From: a virus
Taxonomy: Duplodnaviria; Caudoviricetes
Direction: 5' to 3' (one strand)
Virus record (IMG/VR): IMGVR_UViG_3300032030_000074
Location: 3,916 to 67,915 of that record
Length of the DNA stretch: 64,000 nt
Positions within the stretch are counted from its first letter, which is position 1. Every line of letters begins with the position of its first letter. Below are positions 1-10,177 of the stretch, piece after piece. The notes below the pieces were generated by a model. It did not search any database, was not told the DNA's origin, and worked only from the letters and a program-made list of their open reading frames with translations. The position numbers and the translations under genes were made by a program.

Positions 1-177
1 GGCGATACCTTTGCAGGTCAAAAAACCTTCACAATGAAGGGATTCAGTGCGACGGGCACGCCTGCGCAAGCCAACGCTGTACTTGACAAGATTATTGGCG
101 ATATCGGCGGCGGCAGTTATGTCAGCAATTCAAAGGTTCGTACCATTACGCAGGGCGTAGACGGCGAGCCGGACTGA
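1..177 (+). CDS. partial small protein, DUF1659-like (5' truncated by window)
   Basis: Open frame 1 to TGA at 175-177 (GDTFAGQKTFTMKGFSATGTPAQANAVLDKII...); resembles the N-terminus of 467..1105. Confidence 0.4.
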   Translation, partial: GDTFAGQKTFTMKGFSATGTPAQANAVLDKIIGDIGGGSYVSNSKVRTITQGVDGEPD

Positions 178-198
178 AATTAAGAGAGGTGAATTTAA

Positions 199-453
199 AT
201 GGCTACTAAGGCAGAAATTAATTTGACTTTCGGCTATGGCGACGAAACAACACGCAAATTCAGTGTGGGTCCGTACCCCGAAATGGCGGAAAGTGATTTG
301 ACGGTAGTTAAAGCCGCCGTTAAAAATTTTAATGCGACGGGTCTTGCGGACGTTGCTGACTTGATTCTTTCGGACGGCGGTTCAAGTTGCACGGGTATTG
401 TCGGTGCAGGCGTCTCAATGACAAATTCCCGCGAAATTAATCTTAACGGTTAA
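199..453 (+). CDS. DUF2922-like small protein
   Basis: RBS gaggtg; 84 aa; pattern similar to 1124..1390 (LTFxYxDxxTRxxxI...IVGA). Confidence 0.5.
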   Translation: MATKAEINLTFGYGDETTRKFSVGPYPEMAESDLTVVKAAVKNFNATGLADVADLILSDGGSSCTGIVGAGVSMTNSREINLNG

Positions 454-466
454 GGAGGTGTGAATT

Positions 467-1105
467 ATGGCTACAGCACTTAAACTTTACACCAAAGACC
501 AAAACCTTAATGCGATTAGCAAAACTGTCGGCAACGTCAACCCCGTGGCTACGGACTATGTGCTTAAGCATTTTAGCGAGCAACTTGTAAGTTTGTCCGC
601 AAATACCTTGCAAAAGATTGAACGTGTTGACACGAAAGATATTACTAATGCTGACACCGATACTTCTACTGTAAATTGGGTACTTCGTAGCACGTCTGAC
701 ATATTCAGCGCCGACAGTGAGAAATACGCGGCGGCGGCGGCTGGGCTCACTAACGGTATGATGTACATTGGTATCAACGAAAATGGCGGTGCCAACCGTA
801 CGGTTCCGATAGACATTGACGCTAATTTTAAAGCCCTTAAAGGCGTAGTTGAACTCGGCAAACTCATCAGCTCTAAATTAGTTCAAGCTATCAACGGAGA
901 GATTATACCTTTAGCTACAGTAACAGGTTCGGACGGACAACTTGCATTCAGTGATTTTTTCAGTAGCAGGGTAAACAAAGTAACCGTTAGCGCTACCACT
1001 CAAGGCATCATAACTTCCATATGGGAAGGCGTGGTACAGCCCGCCTCAACTGCAGACTATACCGTTACATTTGAAAGTAACGTTATCACTATTCAGAAGA
1101 AATAA
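467..1105 (+). CDS. DUF1659-like N-terminal domain with C-terminal extension
   Basis: RBS aggagg; first ~60 aa (LKLYTKDQNLNAISKTVGNVNPVATDYVLKHFSEQLVSLS...IERVDTKDI) fit the DUF1659 pattern. Confidence 0.55.
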   Translation: MATALKLYTKDQNLNAISKTVGNVNPVATDYVLKHFSEQLVSLSANTLQKIERVDTKDITNADTDTSTVNWVLRSTSDIFSADSEKYAAAAAGLTNGMMYIGINENGGANRTVPIDIDANFKALKGVVELGKLISSKLVQAINGEIIPLATVTGSDGQLAFSDFFSSRVNKVTVSATTQGIITSIWEGVVQPASTADYTVTFESNVITIQKK

Positions 1106-1123
1106 TAGACTGGGGGGACAATA

Positions 1124-1390
1124 ATGAAATTCGATATTCAGCGTTTTGCCGATACTGTTACCAGTTCCAGCGTCGGCAACTTGGTACTTAAGTTTTACGA
1201 CGGAGACACGCGCACATTGCCGATTGACGACCCGCGCAGTGACTTGACGGCGACAGAAATTAACGAGTTTGTTGACGTTATGAAACAAACCCAGCCGCTC
1301 ATTGGTGACGAGGCAGGTGCGTCTATTGTCGGCGCAGAGAAATTTACAATCGTCGAGAAGACCGACGTTAAATTCGACTTGTCCGAATAG
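1124..1390 (+). CDS. DUF2922-like protein with N-terminal FDIQRFA motif
   Basis: LKFYDGDTRTLPIDDPRSDLTATEI...IVGAEKFTIVEKT fits the DUF2922 pattern. Confidence 0.6.
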   Translation: MKFDIQRFADTVTSSSVGNLVLKFYDGDTRTLPIDDPRSDLTATEINEFVDVMKQTQPLIGDEAGASIVGAEKFTIVEKTDVKFDLSE

Positions 1391-1550
1391 AAATAACGCC
1401 GTGTTGACGGCTTGAAAAAAAATTGAAATTTGAAATTTGAAATTTAAAATCTGAAAGTGGCGTGTGTCGAGTTTTGCGCTTTTTTATATGGAGTAGTGGG
1501 AGCCTTGAAATATAGGTTCCCAAATTTTTTTTAGGCATTTTTAAGGGGAT

Positions 1551-1763
1551 ATGGAAATGACGAAGGAAACAGCTAATAAATTTTTGGACGCCAACATTGA
1601 ATTTCAAGGCGTCATTATGAAAATTATTGAGGAATTGGACGGCATAAGTGTCAGCGACGCGAAAAAGATTTTGGACGCCGTGAATTGTTTTCTGGCGGAA
1701 AATACTTTGATTGACGCCGCGACAACTAAGAGTTTGATTTTGGACGGTGACAGAGATGAATAA
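1551..1763 (+). CDS. hypothetical protein
   Basis: 70 aa ORF with RBS; similar to 1747..1944. Confidence 0.55.
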   Translation: MEMTKETANKFLDANIEFQGVIMKIIEELDGISVSDAKKILDAVNCFLAENTLIDAATTKSLILDGDRDE

Positions 1764-1944
1764 GTACACGGCAGAGGCAATTAACGATATCTTAGAAATT
1801 TTGGACGGTATGTCTTTCACGGAGATTGACGCAGTTATAGACGCGGTGGAAGGCGTGTCAGACGCCGCAAGAAAAAGCGGGGAAGAATATTTTAATTTCG
1901 CCGAATACGCTTTAACACGTAGGCAGGGTGATAACAATGCTTGA
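1747..1944 (+). CDS. hypothetical protein
   Basis: 65 aa; ILEILDGMSFTEIDAVIDAV resembles IIEELDGISVSDAKKILDAV of the upstream ORF. Confidence 0.55.
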   Translation: MTEMNKYTAEAINDILEILDGMSFTEIDAVIDAVEGVSDAARKSGEEYFNFAEYALTRRQGDNNA

Positions 1945-3379
1945 TACAAACACAATGCAACGCGGCACGGACACATTTGAATTTCGGCGCCGAGCTTTGC
2001 TTAAGACAACAGAGCCTTTGGACTTGACGGGCGAAACGCAAGTCAGCGGTTTTGTGGTTTACGGCACCGAGCCTATTGGAACTTCACGCCGCGTAATTTT
2101 TGAAGTCGACGGCAAGCTTTATTACTTTACAAATGACGGCGTCACGGAATATTGCTCATATGGCGACATCGACGACATTTTAGAATACGGAAACACGGCG
2201 GCTGAATTATTGGAAGTGAACGGCATTGCCAAATGGCTCGGTAAAAAAGTTTATCCGATTATCGCACTTGACGCCCCGCGCGACGCTATTGTTATGCCAA
2301 AAATTAAACTCGGCTTGAAAGTGAATTGCTTTAATGACGAGTATCAGCGCGACCAAATTTCGCCGATTTTTGAACTTAAGCACGGCACGAACCCTGCGCG
2401 AATTGTCACGGCTGATTTTAATAAAGCTAATAACGGCTATGCTAAATCGGACGTCAAAATCAGACTTCGTGACGCCGCAGGTGATTGGGGTGACTGGCTT
2501 GAAATGACTGCGGCTGTCGGCAAGGAGGCTACAGCGGTTCAATTCAAGGCGACGTACATTTTGACCGCGCTTGACGGCACGGACGAGGCAAGCGTTTTTG
2601 ACTGCAATGTTTCTTACGTCACGGACGCAGAAAATCTTTCAGGCGACGTCTTAGAGCTTTACACCTTGCCGCAAACTTACTATCAAGATTTAGGCACGTG
2701 CTACGCGATGATTAAGCACACCGAGCTACTTGACGCGGAGATTAAAGCCTATATCAAGTTCGCGACGCCGACAAAAAAGCGCACCAACATTGTAATTGGA
2801 CGCGGCAACGGCGCGATTGATACTTACTATTTGGGAATTAACGGCGGCATTGACCCGCGCATTAACCAAAACACTTTGCACTTGACGGCAGGCGGAAAAA
2901 CTATCACCGATTTTTACTACAACACGCAAGCGGCGACGGTTGACCTTAAAGCAGATTCAGGCGTTGAGATTCGCGCATCCTATGAATATGACGTTGACGC
3001 CGAAAACTGGATTGAAATGGCGGGTGAACTTTCGCAACCTTACGGCGACGCGGGACTTTATATGTCACGGTTCATCCACCGCTTGACCGAGTTTACAAAC
3101 AAACGTACAAGCGCCGTGAAATTTGTGCTTGAACGAAAAAGCGGAGTGCAGACCGAAACAATTTTGGCGACGTCGACAGGCAAGACGCTGACATTTATGT
3201 TGCCGCACCGAGCTAAGGGCGAAGATTTAGTTTGCTCTGGCAACTACGACTACGACGAGGCAACGCAAAAATTGACCGTGACAGCCGCGCCCGACGAAGT
3301 GATTAGAGTTGCTTACAAGTGGACAGGTGAATTTCCACGCATTGAAAATATTGCGGTTGGTTGGACTGCCGCGACGTAA
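1937..3379 (+). CDS. putative tail-associated structural protein
   Basis: ~480 aa beta-rich ORF immediately upstream of the tail fibre; function inferred from position only. Confidence 0.5.
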   Translation: MLDTNTMQRGTDTFEFRRRALLKTTEPLDLTGETQVSGFVVYGTEPIGTSRRVIFEVDGKLYYFTNDGVTEYCSYGDIDDILEYGNTAAELLEVNGIAKWLGKKVYPIIALDAPRDAIVMPKIKLGLKVNCFNDEYQRDQISPIFELKHGTNPARIVTADFNKANNGYAKSDVKIRLRDAAGDWGDWLEMTAAVGKEATAVQFKATYILTALDGTDEASVFDCNVSYVTDAENLSGDVLELYTLPQTYYQDLGTCYAMIKHTELLDAEIKAYIKFATPTKKRTNIVIGRGNGAIDTYYLGINGGIDPRINQNTLHLTAGGKTITDFYYNTQAATVDLKADSGVEIRASYEYDVDAENWIEMAGELSQPYGDAGLYMSRFIHRLTEFTNKRTSAVKFVLERKSGVQTETILATSTGKTLTFMLPHRAKGEDLVCSGNYDYDEATQKLTVTAAPDEVIRVAYKWTGEFPRIENIAVGWTAAT

Positions 3380-3391
3380 AGGGGTGATATT

Positions 3392-6300
3392 ATGGGGATT
3401 TCTTGGAGCGTTGGACTGCGCGAAGACCAAGTATTTGACAAGGCGAAGGGCGAAGTTGACCGAAAAAATTGGGCGACGCTAAATTCAGCATTGAATGACG
3501 AAACCGCCGCGCGTGAAAGTGTCGACGCTGAAATTAACGCTGATAAAGCCGCGTTGTGGACGGCACTGCAGGACGAAACAACTTTACGCGCTCAGGACGA
3601 TTACGAATTACGGCAAGAATTTTTAAATATTACGTCAAGCGAAACGTCAATTAGAGCCGCCGCAGACGAAACACTAAAAGCCGCGCTTGATTCTGACGTT
3701 ACGGCGCTTAAAGCTTTAATCGACACGGAGCGCGAAGAAAGAATTGCAAACGATTCGGCGGTAGTTGAACAGATTAATAATAAGTACGACCCGCTGATTA
3801 ATGACATTAACACGGCGATTGCAAATGAAAATACTTTGGCGGCTAAACGCGATGACACAATGTTTTCAGCACTAAGCGCGTCAATATCTGCGGAGCAAAA
3901 ATCACGCGGCGACGGCGACGCGGCTTTACAGACTGCAATTAACAATCTCGGCAAGTCGGCAGTTGATTCAGTCAAGGCTGAAATTAATGCGCGTCAATCT
4001 GCAGATGCTACATTACAGCAAAACATTGACAAAGTGGCGGCTAGCATTACAAGCGGCAGTTTTACGGTTGAAGAGTTCAAACCGTCAAGCACGACGCAGG
4101 AGGGCAAGGCAGGTATTCTCCCCGCGCCGCCTAAACTGCAGACCGAAGAACAAATTTTATTGCCGACTAATTTTGGGTGGAAGTCACTTGCTGATACAAA
4201 CATTTTTATCGGTACGACGCCTTCACAAAAATTTGTACCGTCATATACAGGCAACACGATTTATCCAGCGTGGAAAGATTATGAAGAGCAAAAAGTAAGT
4301 GTACGCGGCGATTTATCGGCAGTCAACGCGGGAACTTACACAGTGTATTTTAAGCCGGTTGGCTTGTATTGTTGGAGTGACGGCACGCGCGGTGAAAGGG
4401 TAGTGCAGTGGACAATTGCGCCTGCTTTAATCGCAATTCCTACCGCCGCGACTACCACTTTTGACTACACGGGCAACGTGATATCTCTCAATGCCGCTAA
4501 CGTCGACTTGACCAAAATGGATAAAAACGGTCAAGATTCAGCAACCGAGCAAGGCAACTACAGCGTCACGTACACGCTAAAAGACCCTGCGAACGTGCAT
4601 TGGAGTAATAACTCAACGGCGCCCGTAACAATCAGCTGGAAAATCCAAATTAAGGAGCTTGATAAACCTTCTGCCGCCAATACCACTTTTACTTATGACG
4701 GCAACACTAAAAAGCTTGACGTTGACAATTACAATGCGGCGTTTATGACTGTTACCGGTACGACGTCCGAAATTAACGCGGGAACTTACAGCGTCACGTA
4801 CGCCTTGAAAAATAAAACGTCAATGCGCTGGGCGGACGGCAAGACCGATGACGTCACAATTACGTGGACGATTAACCGTCAAAAACTCTCCTACGCCGAA
4901 AGTAATTTGACGTCAAACCCACTTGAATACACGGGCAATAAGCAAAGTGTATCGCTTAACGGCTATAACTCGGCTAAGCACGTTTTAAGCGGCGACACTA
5001 CAGGCACGGCGGCAGGTTCATACACCGTCACCGTCACGCCGAATCAAAACTACGAATGGTACGAAGGCGGCTACGGCGGCAAGCAAGTTGCGTGGAGCAT
5101 TGGCAGTATGTCATTTGCCAAACCTACCGCCGAAAAAACCGTTTTTACTTACACGGGCAATTCAATCAGCTTGAACGTTCAAAACGTTAATTTGACTTAT
5201 ATGGACAAAACGGGTTCCGACACTGCGACGGCAAAGGGGACGTATTGGGTCAAGTACACGCTTAAAAGTGCAAGCTATACTTGGGCGGACGGCAGTAAAG
5301 ACCCCGTGACAATTAATTGGAGCATTGGCGAAAATGCCGTTGCTATCCCGACACTTACTGAAACAAATTACATTTACAACTATCAAAGTCAATCGGCTAA
5401 AATTGCAAATGGCGCGTCCGACAAATTTACCGTGACGGGTACAACCGCCGCAATTGACGCGGGGACTTACACAATCACCTACACGCTTAACGATCCGACT
5501 AATACTAAGTGGGCGGACGGCACGAATAAGCCAAAAACTATTGAGTGGACGATTCAGCGTCAACCTTTGATACAACGGCTAAACTATACTTATTTTGCGG
5601 TTCAATCCATTACTTATGACGGCAATGTTAAAAATCTTGCCGATAATTTGAGGGGTTATAACGCGACTTGCCACAAATTAAGCGGTAAAACATCAATGAT
5701 AAATGCGGGGACTTACACGGCGCAAGTAGAGCCAACCGCAAATTTCGCATGGAATGACCGAACAACCGACGCTAAAACTATTACTTGGACGATTAGCCCT
5801 AAGTCTTTCGCAAAACCGACTGCCGAAAAAACTGCGTTTGAATATGACGGCGCCACTAAAACTCTTTCAATTAGTGGTTATGATGCAAATTATATGACGC
5901 CTAGCGGTAAAACTTCGGCAAGTGCTAAAGGCAGTTACAGCGTCACGTACACGCTGAAAGACACTGCAAATTATTGCTGGGCAGACGGAACGACCGCTCC
6001 GCACGTTATTACGTGGACAATCGGCGCTAACTCCGTTGCCAAACCTACGCTTAAAGGCACGACGTCTTTTACTTATGACGGCACCGCGAAAAGCGTCACG
6101 GTAGACGGCTATGACTCTACCACAATGACTTTCAGCGGTACGACGTCAGAAACAAATGCCGGCGAATATACCGCGACCTACAAGCTGAAAGACAAAACCA
6201 ATTACGCTTGGGCAGACGGCACGAACGACGACGTAGTTTTAAAGTGGAGCATTGCACCGAAAAAATTAACCGCCACTCAAAGTAATTTGTCACTTAAAAA

Positions 6301-8509
6301 AAGCACGTACACGTGGGACGGCGAGTATAACAGTTCGCTTGGTGCACTTTTGGGCACGCTTAAAATTACCGGTTCCGACATTACCAATTTCAATTCAACC
6401 TACCATGAAATCACGGGCGGCAATTACACGTTGCTTACTCAATCCACTACAGGTTATTCTACAAGCACCAATTTCACGGTTGAAGTCAGTCCGAAAAAAA
6501 ATTACGCTTGGAATGACGGCACGACGGACGCCAAAGTTTTTAACTTTAAAATCACCGAAAAACTTCTCCCCAAACCGGTTATCAGTGGCGACAGTACATT
6601 TGCTTATGACGGCACGACCAAAAGTATTACCGTGACAAACTACGCGGCAAATTATATGACGCAAGCGGGTACACTTTCGGCGAGCAACGTCAATACTTAT
6701 TCGGTGCGATATACTCTTTATACCGCACGTTTTAAAAGCGGTAGCGCAGTGTCCAATGTCCCCTTAGTCAAGTGGAGTGACGGCTCCACAAATGCCGTTA
6801 CATTGGATTGGCAAATTACCGCAGGCAACGGCATTGCTAAACCTACTCTTAAAACCACCGAATATGAGTGGACGGGCGGTAGTATTACGCCGGACATTAA
6901 AGGCTATAATTCTTCCGCGATGAATGTCAGCGGCACGACCACTGCAAACGCTATTGACACGTACACCGTGACGTATTCGCTTAAAGACAAGACCAATACC
7001 ACTTGGGCGGACGGCACGACGGCGGACGTAAAATTAACGTGGAAGATTGTAAGGCAAAAACTTACAAACGACGTCACGGTAGCTTCAAATATACTTACAT
7101 ACAACGGCAATTCACAAGAGCCAACATTAAAATACGGCTCAGTACAGTGGACGCTTGCCAATCTTTCGACTTACTGCGATTTGTCCAGTCAAACGTCTGC
7201 AGTTAATGCCGGTACTTACACTTTCAAGGCAACGCCTAAGTCAACCTTCGCGTGGAAAGACGGCGGCACGGCGGCGAAAAGTTTTGATTGGAAGATTAAT
7301 AAAATCGTTATTTCGTCGTTCACGGTTCGCAATAAATCTACAGGTGCAGTCTTATCAAGTAGCGTGTCACCTGATACCGAAGCAGGCTTGATTTTTCCTG
7401 CCGGCAACGAATCTGCTTTAACTTTAAATAATCCCGTCACGCTATCATTTGAATATACCGGCGACGCTACTTTAGCGTTTTGTGGCTCGACAGGCGTCGT
7501 TATTACTAATCCAAATTTGGTTAGCACAGAAGGTGACACTGCCACTCATACACAATACAGCGACGTTACAGTTACGTTGACAGGCAAAGAGGTAACGTTT
7601 ACACCGTCTAGTTATACTGATACAACACGAGTTATTTACGTTAGACTTGTCGACGGCACCAATTACGCCGCGCCGTCAACTCGGTATGTGGCAGGAATCA
7701 GAATTATTCCACAACGCATCATCTCTTTAAAAGATTGCACATGGGAAGAGGTGCAACAGATTATTCAGAGTGGACGCACCGCCGATATATGGCAAGTCGG
7801 AGATTACAAAGTTTTTGACAGCAACGGCGGCTCGGTCACGACCGAATTGGACGGCAAAAAATCTGTCGACACATACCCCAAACTTGCTATGACTTTAATC
7901 GGTATAGACCATAACCCCGACGTCGAGGGCAGAAAACGCGCTCATTTTATGCTTACGCATTGGACGGCTACAGGTACAGGTTCACCGGTTTCGGCGCTTT
8001 TTAAAAGCACCAATGCCACTTTCCATATGACGCCGCAAGGTTCGTTCGGCGGCATACAGGGCTATAATTACTCATACTTTAAACAAGTCGTAGCCAATCA
8101 GATTTTAAATATGTTGCCTTCCGACTTAAAAAATATAATATCACCTGTTGTTAAATGGACAGCCGACAGGTCAGAGAGCCATAGTGTAACAGATAAAATT
8201 TTTCTTCTCAGCGCCAAAGAGGTTTTGCCGGGTTATAGCGGCTGGTCAGGCATAAACAACGTTGTTTATGATTATTTTGCCAACGGTAACTATTTGCCGG
8301 GCATAGCAGATAAAACTAACAACGCGATAACCGTTGTATCTACTTGGACGAGAGATTATGTAGGTGTTGCTGACGGTGTAGCTAAATTTCAAGCCGTAAA
8401 ACACTTTGAATCTCCGAACGGATATATTAGTCAGCACGGTGCAACACCGCTGGCGGCTAATAATATGGCGATGTGTGATACTTACTTGCCCTGCTTTACC
8501 ATTGCTTAA
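3392..8509 (+). CDS. long tail fibre/adhesin: coiled-coil N-terminus, 13 Ig-like repeats, C-terminal DUF6273-like domain
   Basis: ExxxRxxxDxxL heptads; repeats ending WxDGT...WxI; C-terminal SLKDCTWEEVQQII...IGIDHN...LPSDLKNII...DKIFLLSAKEV...CFTI. Confidence 0.8.
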   Translation: MGISWSVGLREDQVFDKAKGEVDRKNWATLNSALNDETAARESVDAEINADKAALWTALQDETTLRAQDDYELRQEFLNITSSETSIRAAADETLKAALDSDVTALKALIDTEREERIANDSAVVEQINNKYDPLINDINTAIANENTLAAKRDDTMFSALSASISAEQKSRGDGDAALQTAINNLGKSAVDSVKAEINARQSADATLQQNIDKVAASITSGSFTVEEFKPSSTTQEGKAGILPAPPKLQTEEQILLPTNFGWKSLADTNIFIGTTPSQKFVPSYTGNTIYPAWKDYEEQKVSVRGDLSAVNAGTYTVYFKPVGLYCWSDGTRGERVVQWTIAPALIAIPTAATTTFDYTGNVISLNAANVDLTKMDKNGQDSATEQGNYSVTYTLKDPANVHWSNNSTAPVTISWKIQIKELDKPSAANTTFTYDGNTKKLDVDNYNAAFMTVTGTTSEINAGTYSVTYALKNKTSMRWADGKTDDVTITWTINRQKLSYAESNLTSNPLEYTGNKQSVSLNGYNSAKHVLSGDTTGTAAGSYTVTVTPNQNYEWYEGGYGGKQVAWSIGSMSFAKPTAEKTVFTYTGNSISLNVQNVNLTYMDKTGSDTATAKGTYWVKYTLKSASYTWADGSKDPVTINWSIGENAVAIPTLTETNYIYNYQSQSAKIANGASDKFTVTGTTAAIDAGTYTITYTLNDPTNTKWADGTNKPKTIEWTIQRQPLIQRLNYTYFAVQSITYDGNVKNLADNLRGYNATCHKLSGKTSMINAGTYTAQVEPTANFAWNDRTTDAKTITWTISPKSFAKPTAEKTAFEYDGATKTLSISGYDANYMTPSGKTSASAKGSYSVTYTLKDTANYCWADGTTAPHVITWTIGANSVAKPTLKGTTSFTYDGTAKSVTVDGYDSTTMTFSGTTSETNAGEYTATYKLKDKTNYAWADGTNDDVVLKWSIAPKKLTATQSNLSLKKSTYTWDGEYNSSLGALLGTLKITGSDITNFNSTYHEITGGNYTLLTQSTTGYSTSTNFTVEVSPKKNYAWNDGTTDAKVFNFKITEKLLPKPVISGDSTFAYDGTTKSITVTNYAANYMTQAGTLSASNVNTYSVRYTLYTARFKSGSAVSNVPLVKWSDGSTNAVTLDWQITAGNGIAKPTLKTTEYEWTGGSITPDIKGYNSSAMNVSGTTTANAIDTYTVTYSLKDKTNTTWADGTTADVKLTWKIVRQKLTNDVTVASNILTYNGNSQEPTLKYGSVQWTLANLSTYCDLSSQTSAVNAGTYTFKATPKSTFAWKDGGTAAKSFDWKINKIVISSFTVRNKSTGAVLSSSVSPDTEAGLIFPAGNESALTLNNPVTLSFEYTGDATLAFCGSTGVVITNPNLVSTEGDTATHTQYSDVTVTLTGKEVTFTPSSYTDTTRVIYVRLVDGTNYAAPSTRYVAGIRIIPQRIISLKDCTWEEVQQIIQSGRTADIWQVGDYKVFDSNGGSVTTELDGKKSVDTYPKLAMTLIGIDHNPDVEGRKRAHFMLTHWTATGTGSPVSALFKSTNATFHMTPQGSFGGIQGYNYSYFKQVVANQILNMLPSDLKNIISPVVKWTADRSESHSVTDKIFLLSAKEVLPGYSGWSGINNVVYDYFANGNYLPGIADKTNNAITVVSTWTRDYVGVADGVAKFQAVKHFESPNGYISQHGATPLAANNMAMCDTYLPCFTIA
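4240..7300 (+). repeat. 13 tandem ~70-85 aa repeats inside the tail fibre
   Basis: Recurring KPT..FxYDG...AGTYxVTYTLKD..WADGT..WTI units; boundaries approximate. Confidence 0.8.
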
Positions 8510-8521
8510 GGAGGCTTTTTG

Positions 8522-8866
8522 ATGTACAGAATTACAAACGCCGAAAACGGCGCATTAATCACGCAGACAGACGACCCGCGCTTTGTCCGCATTAACCCCG
8601 AATCAGGCGCGTGGATTCGCACCGACGCTATCAATGCTCAGTGTATCGCGGTGAATGGCGTTCGCTACAGTTTGGCGGGGCGTGAACCGGTTGCAGATGC
8701 GCCTATTGTTGCTTTTGTGCAGAAAGTTGACGCGGGAGCGATTCAGCTTGCCACCGACAACAAAGTCACGGCGCAAAATGACAGCATTGACACTTTGGCT
8801 TGGGCGATTAACAAAATGGCGGAAGAAATTGTCGACAAATTCAGCTTTAAAACGGAAGAGGGATAA
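8522..8866 (+). CDS. hypothetical tail-fibre-associated protein
   Basis: RBS aaggagg; directly follows the fibre gene. Confidence 0.55.
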   Translation: MYRITNAENGALITQTDDPRFVRINPESGAWIRTDAINAQCIAVNGVRYSLAGREPVADAPIVAFVQKVDAGAIQLATDNKVTAQNDSIDTLAWAINKMAEEIVDKFSFKTEEG

Positions 8867-8868
8867 AA

Positions 8869-9057
8869 ATGCCGACGACTTACAATGCAAGCGAAACAAA
8901 ATTAATCGTGCTTGATGCACTCGACAAATTTAAGCGCACCGACCTTGATTTTAACGACAACCGCTATATGCTTAAAGGCGAGGCGCTTGACGCTAACATT
9001 GACTACGCGACTGTTTCCGACGAGGAGATAGCCGCTATTATTTTGCCTAAAAACTAA
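8869..9057 (+). CDS. hypothetical protein
   Basis: 62 aa ORF with RBS. Confidence 0.5.
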   Translation: MPTTYNASETKLIVLDALDKFKRTDLDFNDNRYMLKGEALDANIDYATVSDEEIAAIILPKN

Positions 9058-9090
9058 AAAAATCCCTACTAAACTGCGGGAGGTGATTTA

Positions 9091-9417
9091 ATGGAAGTTA
9101 TCGGCAAGTCGGAGCTTTTAAGCGTGATTAAGCGCTATCACAATCTGACAAACGCCGCATTAACCGCCGAAGTTAAAAATTGCGTTCACGGCGTCACTGA
9201 CACCGACGGCAAGCTTAAGTTTTTGGACGGCAACGGCAACGTCGTGGCGGAATTGGAGCTTAAAGGCGGCATTGATGACAGCGACATTGCGACGAATGAA
9301 GAAGTAGCAGAGTTGCTCGATGATATTTTTGGTAGCGACGGGACAGGCGGGACGGGTGAAGAGATAGCTACTAATGACGAAGTCCGAGAGTTATTGGACG
9401 ACATTTTTAAAAATTAA
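9091..9417 (+). CDS. hypothetical protein with two IATNxEVxELLDDIF motifs
   Basis: RBS ggaggtga; internal peptide repeat. Confidence 0.6.
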   Translation: MEVIGKSELLSVIKRYHNLTNAALTAEVKNCVHGVTDTDGKLKFLDGNGNVVAELELKGGIDDSDIATNEEVAELLDDIFGSDGTGGTGEEIATNDEVRELLDDIFKN

Positions 9418-9432
9418 TTGGAGGTATTTACA

Positions 9433-10092
9433 ATGGCTTATGATTTGGAAAAACTGACAAGACTGCAAGCGATTAAGGATTTAGGCGACCGCGTCAACGC
9501 GGAAATTAACAATCTCAAAAACACGGGCGTTGCGTCCGCACTTAAAATGGTTGCCGTCGACGGCAACGCGCTGAAATTCTACACGAGTTCCGATACGGCG
9601 GCGGAGGCGGCATTTAGCTTTGACCTTCCTGCCGAAATGTTTTTAGACGCGGCGTCCACAAAATTTGAACCCAACTTTAACTTTGCGAACGGCAATTACA
9701 CGGGTGCGACTAATCCCAATTTGGACGGAAAGCCTGTCTTGGTACTAGGAGTCAAAACCAAAACCAATGACGGCAAAACCACGACGCTTGCGTACAGCTT
9801 TTTAAATATGGCGGGGCTTGTCGACATTTACACGGCGTCCGACACGTCCGTTGTTATCACTGACTACAAGGTCAAGGCAAATGTTTCCGCTGATTCTGAC
9901 AATATGCTTGCGACGACGGCGAACGGCTTGAAAGTTGACGGTAGCGGCAAGGTTGACAAAGTCACGACGGCGACGGCAGGTAACATTGCGACGTTTGTGG
10001 CAGGCGGCGGCATCAGCGACACGGGCATTTCAATCGCGACGAATGCGGAGGTTACTGAAATGCTTGACGGTATTTTCGGCGCACAGAGCTAG
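9433..10092 (+). CDS. putative tail-fibre-type structural protein
   Basis: RBS ggagg; KVDKVTTATAGNIATF segment; C-terminal IATNAEVTEMLDGIF. Confidence 0.55.
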   Translation: MAYDLEKLTRLQAIKDLGDRVNAEINNLKNTGVASALKMVAVDGNALKFYTSSDTAAEAAFSFDLPAEMFLDAASTKFEPNFNFANGNYTGATNPNLDGKPVLVLGVKTKTNDGKTTTLAYSFLNMAGLVDIYTASDTSVVITDYKVKANVSADSDNMLATTANGLKVDGSGKVDKVTTATAGNIATFVAGGGISDTGISIATNAEVTEMLDGIFGAQS

Positions 10093-10177
10093 TCTTTAGT
10101 TCATAAAAAAATATATGTGGCACTTTCGGCGGGTATGGTTTCAATCTGTACCCGCTTATTTTTTTAGGAGCGATTTT

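Noticed and set aside
8330-8509. DGR variable region at the fibre tip
   Set aside because: No reverse transcriptase or template repeat is visible in this window.
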